From Candidatus Thorarchaeota archaeon (GTDB taxonomy: Archaea > Asgardarchaeota > Thorarchaeia > Thorarchaeales > Thorarchaeaceae), in contig SHMX01000004.1 in the NCBI GenBank assembly GCA_008080745.1, positions 240,001 through 272,000 of the forward strand: 32,000 nucleotides of DNA, in the 5' to 3' direction. Shown here piece by piece: positions 26,091-32,000 of the stretch. The translations under genes and the position numbers were made by a program. Positions within the stretch are counted from its first letter, which is position 1, and each line of letters begins with the position of its first letter. Under the pieces are notes generated by a model that saw only the letters and a list, made by a program, of their open reading frames with translations, was not told the origin of the DNA and did no database searches.

Positions 26091-27581
26091 TTGAGAGTAA
26101 AGAATCTAATCATTGTATGGCTTCTGATATCTACTATAGCTGCCCTTCCTATATTAGGAGTATCAGCTCCGTTTGATGTGGATAATCGAATCTCTAAAAG
26201 TTCTGTTGAGACCTTAGATGGCGTTCCTTATGTATGGCAAGAGCTAAATGGATATTGTGCATGGGCTGCAACTTCCATTTTGTTTCAATACGCAGGTGCA
26301 GATTTAGATCTTGGGGGTATTTTCGCAGCCTCCACTGTGGGTTATTCTTTTGCATATATTAGATATAACGACACTTTTCTCATGTTCCCTGGGGTAATGT
26401 ACCAACAAGTAGAACCCACTGCATTTGCTGCGGATTTGTATAATCTGAATTTCACTCTCTATATCTCTGGTGATGCTGAGGGCGCAGATGAGGCAATAGA
26501 ATACTGGGACAGAAGAGGAATATCTACGGGAATGATAGAGGATCAGGTGGAAGCAATGGATTTGATGCGTAACACCATAAACTCGGGTTATCCTCTTATT
26601 GTCAGTGTTGATCCTTCTTGGATTCCTATCTCTGACTATGATGACTTACGTGAAAATGAATTACGAGGGGGTGGTCATGCGCTGGTTATTGTAGGATATA
26701 ATGATACATCTCAAACTGTAACTTTCATCGATCCCGGAGTGGGTGCTTTTGGTGATAACTACGGATATCCGGCTGATGGTCGTGGAAATTACTCGACCAT
26801 GTCTTATTCCACCCTAAACTTCGCTTGGATTGAACGCTATTACATATCCTATGTTATCAAACCAAAAGATGACTCCAATTCAAATACTGAAATATCTCCA
26901 GAATTAGGTCCTCTCATTAGAGACAAATTACTAGGAGTTGGGGCAATTTACAGTCCTGAAAGCCCTAGCGCTTATCTCTGGCATTATGGTGAGGATGCCT
27001 TTCGCGAACTTAGCAAAGATGTTACAATGGATGGTCTCAAAGATTATCTGTCTGTTTTTGACGGTGCATCCAACGAGGTGCTACTAAAAGCAGGCCTACT
27101 TGCCATGATTGGTATTGGGGTAGAGGTTCAATCAACCCTGCAGGGTTACTCTTTCAAAGCAGCTACTCATGCACTACCGGCTATAATGTCAGATGTTAAT
27201 TTGACAGAATTCATCGAAGCAGCGGAAAGCGCATATCCACATTTTGAGGCATTATCTGATAATTCATCCCTACTTTATCCTACAAATCTAACAAAGCTCA
27301 CCGGATATGTCGCTACAACTTTCTTGGAGATGGCTGAAAGATACAATAATACTGGTGATTTGGATTCCATATTATCTATGTATTCTGCAGATTTAGAAGT
27401 AATATCTAATCATTTACTAGGTATTGCTGATGCTTGGCAGAATGCAGGCAATGTTCTTGATACTATTTGGCCAACTAATATCTGGATGAATTATGGTAGT
27501 TGGATAGTAATTGCAGCCGTTGGTATTGGTGTGTTAGCAGTGGTTACAGTGATTGTTATTAAGAGAACTCCTTCAAGATAG
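26091..27581 (+). CDS. Membrane-anchored papain-fold cysteine peptidase (C39-like)
   Basis: TTG start with SD GGTGGAG; signal peptide; 'VPYVWQELNGYCAWAA' (Gln/Cys), 'GGHALVIVGYND' (His) and 'FIDPG' (Asp); C-terminal TM followed by KRTPSR. Confidence 0.82.
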   Translation: MRVKNLIIVWLLISTIAALPILGVSAPFDVDNRISKSSVETLDGVPYVWQELNGYCAWAATSILFQYAGADLDLGGIFAASTVGYSFAYIRYNDTFLMFPGVMYQQVEPTAFAADLYNLNFTLYISGDAEGADEAIEYWDRRGISTGMIEDQVEAMDLMRNTINSGYPLIVSVDPSWIPISDYDDLRENELRGGGHALVIVGYNDTSQTVTFIDPGVGAFGDNYGYPADGRGNYSTMSYSTLNFAWIERYYISYVIKPKDDSNSNTEISPELGPLIRDKLLGVGAIYSPESPSAYLWHYGEDAFRELSKDVTMDGLKDYLSVFDGASNEVLLKAGLLAMIGIGVEVQSTLQGYSFKAATHALPAIMSDVNLTEFIEAAESAYPHFEALSDNSSLLYPTNLTKLTGYVATTFLEMAERYNNTGDLDSILSMYSADLEVISNHLLGIADAWQNAGNVLDTIWPTNIWMNYGSWIVIAAVGIGVLAVVTVIVIKRTPSR

Positions 27582-27585
27582 TTCT

Positions 27586-29724
27586 CTACCTTTTCTTTAG
27601 CAGAACTACTGCAACAATCGCAATTACTACTGCACCACCAATCATAAGATATGACATAAACTCGGGTTCCGGTTCTGGTTCAGAATACCGTGAATATTCT
27701 CCTGATACTAGAATTGCGGTATTTCCCCAAATGTCTGTGGCTGAAACACTCCATACAACACTATCTGCAGTTACTCTAGCAGGTATTAGTCCCTCAAATC
27801 CTGTAGCATCTCGACTGGTTTCTACTGAATTGGTAAAATTCAGCTCACCGATTCTATAAGTATAATGCAGAGTGACATTGTTGATTCTACTCCTATCTTC
27901 AATAATTACTTTTATTGAAACTGTTTCCGCAGGGATTGGATCTGTAGGATTCATACTATAACTGATGAGATTTGGTGCATCATCATCAATTTCTGGATAA
28001 TATTCTTGGTTACGGGAGAGAACCATTTCTGATCCTGAGGTAAAGCTCTCAAATGTAAAGGGTCCTGAACCAATCGCAGCATTTGCAGATGGTTCCCATG
28101 TTGAGGCATTTCGTCCGTCCCATATATGCCTTGGGAGAATCGGGATTTCTCCCATGACTCTGTCGAGAAACAAATGATGCGTATTGTAATCTATACCTGC
28201 AAGATAGTCTCCAGTTACCTTGACACGATCTATCATTTCTGGTTCAAATATTAACGAGTTATTCACTAGGTACTCAAAGGAGAATTGGTAATCATGTGCA
28301 GTAATTTGACTCCCATCAGTCCAAGTTGCGGATGGGTCACAATAATATGACGCCCTCGTCTGATATGATGATATATCGGATACCTGACCCAAAAACTGTA
28401 CCAGCCACGATGTGGAATGACGAACTGCTGCACTTCCATCAGGGAGGGTTGCCAAGGGTGAGTCGTATACTAGCATGTAGGGATTGAAGAAATACCCTGT
28501 AATCCAGTCATGATTGATTACATTTCCACCCTTAAATGGATTCAATGATGGTACAAATGTATCGAAATATTCTGGCAAAACGGCTACAACTAATTCATTG
28601 TCTGAACTGCTTTTGGGAGTGAGTGTGACCGGATTCCATTGTCCAAATGATCCTCCAAAGGTATCATTCACCCAGCCCTCAAGATTTGAATCTGAATATA
28701 CCGATAACCATTTGTAAGAGAAGAGAGGAATAACTGGATTCAGATTCTGTAAGAGATAAGCTGCCTCTAATCCAAGCTCGTCCGCCTGACTACTTTCTAT
28801 AATATCTCCGTATTGAAAAGATAACAAATCCACACTATCATGAGATAAATGAGCAATGTTTTCTCCATCCACATCCAAATTGTCACTATCAAATGTTCTA
28901 GCTGTCCAATTGAATCCATAAGTAGGAATTTCTTGATAATACAATGCTAAATCATAATCGGTTGAGTGGTTTGAAATACCTGATTGAATGTTAGTATAAG
29001 TGTCTAGAATTAGTGTGTTATTGATTCCTATTGTGAATAAATCATCTGAAATTCGAGTAGCAGTTTCATTTAAACCAAGTACATCAGAGGGATAAAGAAT
29101 TCTAAGTTGGAATTCTCCACCATCCGCTGCTTCAATCATGCCATCTTCATCAACATCCAACATTCCTGCGACTCCTAATTGTTCCTCTGCTGCGGAAATC
29201 TTAGAGTCATAAAACTCCCCTCCCTCCTCGAATTCTACAGAAAATTCATTATTGAGTCCAAACAGAAAGTCCATCTTTACTACTGTATCGTTCATGATGT
29301 CTGAAGCGATGTTTGTTTTATTGATAATGTAGGCTAATGCTTTTCTAAAGGCTGAATTGGATAGAGGGCTACTCTCACAATTTATTGCGAGTAGGTATAT
29401 GCCATCTTCGTATGCCCATTGTTTCTCAATGTTGGAATATGTATCTACAAGACTATAATCGGATTGATTGATTCTGTGACCAAAAATATCCGCATTCCCG
29501 CTCTGTAAAGCATTCAAGGCATCTGTAACGGTATCATATTCCACAATATGAATGGAATCCAATTCTGCTGGTGTGTATATTTCTTGGTCAATTTCCTGGG
29601 TTTTTGTAAAGAAATCTACGGGAGTTAGTTGACCAACTGTTGTTGTCGTAAAAGCTAACGAGGAAAGTAGAATCGCTGCAACAAGTAGAAATTTTGATAG
29701 TAACCTGATTGAGCCTTGGGTCAT
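27586..29724 (-). CDS. ABC transporter substrate-binding protein, family 5 (OppA/DppA-like), circularly permuted, C-terminally anchored
   Basis: Motifs 'ALQSGNAD', 'LAINC..PLSNSAFRKALAYIINK', 'PVIPLF', 'SLNP', 'WTDGSQITAHDYQFSF', 'ILPRHIW' and 'IGSGPF...LSRNQEY'; small Ig-like domain and TM anchor ending LLKKR. Confidence 0.88.
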   Translation of the reverse strand: MTQGSIRLLSKFLLVAAILLSSLAFTTTTVGQLTPVDFFTKTQEIDQEIYTPAELDSIHIVEYDTVTDALNALQSGNADIFGHRINQSDYSLVDTYSNIEKQWAYEDGIYLLAINCESSPLSNSAFRKALAYIINKTNIASDIMNDTVVKMDFLFGLNNEFSVEFEEGGEFYDSKISAAEEQLGVAGMLDVDEDGMIEAADGGEFQLRILYPSDVLGLNETATRISDDLFTIGINNTLILDTYTNIQSGISNHSTDYDLALYYQEIPTYGFNWTARTFDSDNLDVDGENIAHLSHDSVDLLSFQYGDIIESSQADELGLEAAYLLQNLNPVIPLFSYKWLSVYSDSNLEGWVNDTFGGSFGQWNPVTLTPKSSSDNELVVAVLPEYFDTFVPSLNPFKGGNVINHDWITGYFFNPYMLVYDSPLATLPDGSAAVRHSTSWLVQFLGQVSDISSYQTRASYYCDPSATWTDGSQITAHDYQFSFEYLVNNSLIFEPEMIDRVKVTGDYLAGIDYNTHHLFLDRVMGEIPILPRHIWDGRNASTWEPSANAAIGSGPFTFESFTSGSEMVLSRNQEYYPEIDDDAPNLISYSMNPTDPIPAETVSIKVIIEDRSRINNVTLHYTYRIGELNFTNSVETSRDATGFEGLIPARVTADSVVWSVSATDIWGNTAILVSGEYSRYSEPEPEPEFMSYLMIGGAVVIAIVAVVLLKKR

Positions 29725-29814
29725 GTTCTGCTTACTCCAGGACGGTCTTATCTCTGACCATTACAGGGCAAAAAGGAAACACCCTCAAAATAAGGATAGC
29801 GTATTACGCCATTC

Positions 29815-31908
29815 TTATTTTTGAACTTTGAGAAGTTTCAACATTTTTTCAATCTCAACTATGGGTAACTGACAATTTTGATTAATACATACATGAGCTG
29901 CTGTTTGTCCGCTTACCGGTTCGTAATATTTTGTATAAGGTGCTAATTCTGTAACTTTTTGTTTTGATTCTTCAAATCGGGCAATTATAACAGCATGAGG
30001 AAGATATTGTTCATTGAGAGCTGAGACCATAGCAGATATGTCCTTTTTTGATCTCCCTGCAATTACAACCTCAAATGTATCGCTAATTAGAAATGATAAG
30101 GCATTAAGCATCATCGTATACGCTGTTGGATTCTGTAGTATATCAGTTGAAAAGAAGTGAATGATCTCAGATGCTTTGTCCTCTAATTTTGCTTGTCCTA
30201 TTAGTCTGGCCAACCTAACTAGATTATAAGAAGCAACGGAATTGCCTGAGGGAATAGCACCATCATATGCATCTTTTTGTCTCGTAAGTAGATCTTCAGC
30301 ATGATCTGCAGTAAAGAATAAAGCTCCTTGTTCTTCATCCCAAAAATAGGCTAACATATTTTGAGCAATATCTTTTGCTAATTCAAGATAATCCGGGTTC
30401 AGGGAAGCTTGATAGGTCTCCAAGAAACCCCATAATAGAAATGCATAGTCGTCCAGAAATCCAGTAATTGTTATCTCATCGTCTTTCATTCGATGGTAGA
30501 GTATATCGTCTGAATACATCTTTTCAGCAATCATATCAGCTGCATTTTCAGCCATCTTGATATATTCGGATTCTCCAAGTACTCTGCCAGCGTAAGCGAG
30601 AGCCGCAATCATCAATCCGTTCATATCAGCTAAAATTTTATCATCTGTGAGCGGATGAACTCGTGTTTTTCTCGCTCGAAATAGTTTCTCTCGAATGGTT
30701 TCAATGATCTTGCTAAGCTCCTTCTTGTCCATTCCCAGTTTTTTTGCATAAACCTCGATTTTATAGATGAGATGGGGAATATTCATTCCAGTTGGTTCTC
30801 TACTGGACTCGTCCAAGAAGTTCCCATTTTCTTTGATGTTAAAAATCTCCTTTGCTATCTGAAATTCCTTGTCCTCTAGAATCTCCTCAATTTCCTTTTG
30901 TGCCCAGACATAGAATTTACCCTCTTCACCTTCGCTATCCGCATCTTGCGCAGTATAGAAGAGACCTTCATCACTTGTCATTTCTCGATTCACATAAGTG
31001 ACGATTTCACGAACTGTTTCAGCATATTCTTTCTCACCTGTAATTTGATATGCTTCAGAATATGCGATTATTAGCATAGCTTGATCGTAAATCATTTTCT
31101 CAAAGTGAGGGAGCAACCACTCGCGGTCCGTAGAATATCGATGAAATCCAAATCCTATCTGGTCATAGACACCTCCTTTTCTCATCTCTGTTAGTGTCTT
31201 TTCGACCATTGCCAAGGCGTTTTTTTCTCCGGTTTCTTTCCAGTATCTTAGTAGAAATAATAGATTATGTGGGGATGGAAATTTTGGAGCGATTCCAAAT
31301 CCTCCAAGTTCTGAATCAAATCTTTGGAGTAAAGTATCATACGCTCTTCTGAGAATTGACCTGTCTAGTTCCTCTTTTTCTTTATCTTGGCGGATTGAGA
31401 AGTTCTCTCTGATTTGTTTTGTTACATCCTCTACTTTGTATCGTTGATCTTCCCAGATTTTTTCAATCGCAGGTATCAGCTTTTTCATCCCCATTTGACC
31501 ATACTTGTCTTCTTTAGGGATGTAGGTGGCAGCAAAGAATGGTTCCTTATCAGGTGTCATAATTATAGTTAGTGGCCATCCACCACGACCTGTCATCATC
31601 TGTGCAACCTGCATGTATATCTTATCTATATCTGGTCGTTCCTCTCTATCCACTTTGATATTGATGAAGGTTTCATTCATCATCTTTGCTATTTCTGGGT
31701 CTTCAAAAGATTCGTGTTCGAAAACATGACACCAATGACAAGTACTATACCCTATAGAAAGAAAGATGGGTTTATCCTGTTTTTTTGCTGTTTCAAATGC
31801 CTCATCTGACCAGGGATACCAATCTACTGGATTGTATGCATGTTGTTGGAGGTATGGGCTTTTCTCATCAATCAATCTGTTTGGCTTTTTATCCGACTCT
31901 TTTGCCAC
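29815..31908 (-). CDS. yyaL: Thioredoxin-domain-containing protein, YyaL/SSP411 (DUF255 plus alpha/alpha toroid)
   Basis: '[24 protein letters not shown]', '[19 protein letters not shown]', '[11 protein letters not shown]', 'GGFG.APKFP', '[25 protein letters not shown]' and '[14 protein letters not shown]'. GTG start. Confidence 0.95.
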   Translation of the reverse strand: MAKESDKKPNRLIDEKSPYLQQHAYNPVDWYPWSDEAFETAKKQDKPIFLSIGYSTCHWCHVFEHESFEDPEIAKMMNETFINIKVDREERPDIDKIYMQVAQMMTGRGGWPLTIIMTPDKEPFFAATYIPKEDKYGQMGMKKLIPAIEKIWEDQRYKVEDVTKQIRENFSIRQDKEKEELDRSILRRAYDTLLQRFDSELGGFGIAPKFPSPHNLLFLLRYWKETGEKNALAMVEKTLTEMRKGGVYDQIGFGFHRYSTDREWLLPHFEKMIYDQAMLIIAYSEAYQITGEKEYAETVREIVTYVNREMTSDEGLFYTAQDADSEGEEGKFYVWAQKEIEEILEDKEFQIAKEIFNIKENGNFLDESSREPTGMNIPHLIYKIEVYAKKLGMDKKELSKIIETIREKLFRARKTRVHPLTDDKILADMNGLMIAALAYAGRVLGESEYIKMAENAADMIAEKMYSDDILYHRMKDDEITITGFLDDYAFLLWGFLETYQASLNPDYLELAKDIAQNMLAYFWDEEQGALFFTADHAEDLLTRQKDAYDGAIPSGNSVASYNLVRLARLIGQAKLEDKASEIIHFFSTDILQNPTAYTMMLNALSFLISDTFEVVIAGRSKKDISAMVSALNEQYLPHAVIIARFEESKQKVTELAPYTKYYEPVSGQTAAHVCINQNCQLPIVEIEKMLKLLKVQK

Positions 31909-32000
31909 ATCTATTACCCAAATAACGTAACAATAGTTAACTTATTAAGGTATTCATTGTGAGCATTTTGAGGTTGCTAAAAAGTGTCTTTCCACAGACA

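Noticed and set aside
3959-31729. Remaining 60-143 aa track ORFs nested in or antisense to long CDSs (e.g. 12377..12808, 18822..19229, 16865..17062, 20441..20644)
   Set aside because: They lie wholly or largely within well-supported genes on another frame or strand and have no motifs.
1-32000. CRISPR arrays, tRNA/rRNA genes, transposases, Sec/Pyl readthrough
   Set aside because: No regularly spaced nucleotide repeats, cloverleafs or transposase motifs were seen. Spacers are under 300 nt, and all proteins end at plausible family termini without interrupted frames.

Overview
A gene-dense, AT-rich 32-kb window from an archaeon, most likely an Asgard archaeon (Thorarchaeia-like). This assignment is inferred from a 7TM-longin-like fusion, Ig-like repeats of the 'PTIDSPxD..Y..GT.G..I.W' type, an archaeal-type GTP-PEPCK, an AF0577-like radical SAM, and TATA-type promoters with SD motifs. 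About 20 CDSs are supported, dominated by cell-surface and membrane proteins: two tandem paralogous parallel-beta-helix/Ig-like surface proteins (the first is absent from the ORF track because it runs off the left edge), a 7-bladed propeller protein, an FG-GAP/PPC/TSP3 receptor-like protein, a papain-fold (C39-like) anchored protease and a family-5 solute-binding protein. Metabolic and other enzymes are a 2-hydroxyacid dehydrogenase, PEPCK, a histidine phosphatase, four GNATs, a radical SAM/SPASM enzyme and a YyaL/SSP411 protein. I found no rRNA, tRNA, CRISPR array or transposase. The most interesting observations are a circularly permuted family-5 SBP, a 7TM-longin fusion, an integrin-analogous single-pass receptor architecture, and an unannotated 49-aa tail-anchored CxxC microprotein with its own TATA box and SD. 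All family calls come from motifs recognised by eye; no database searches were run.
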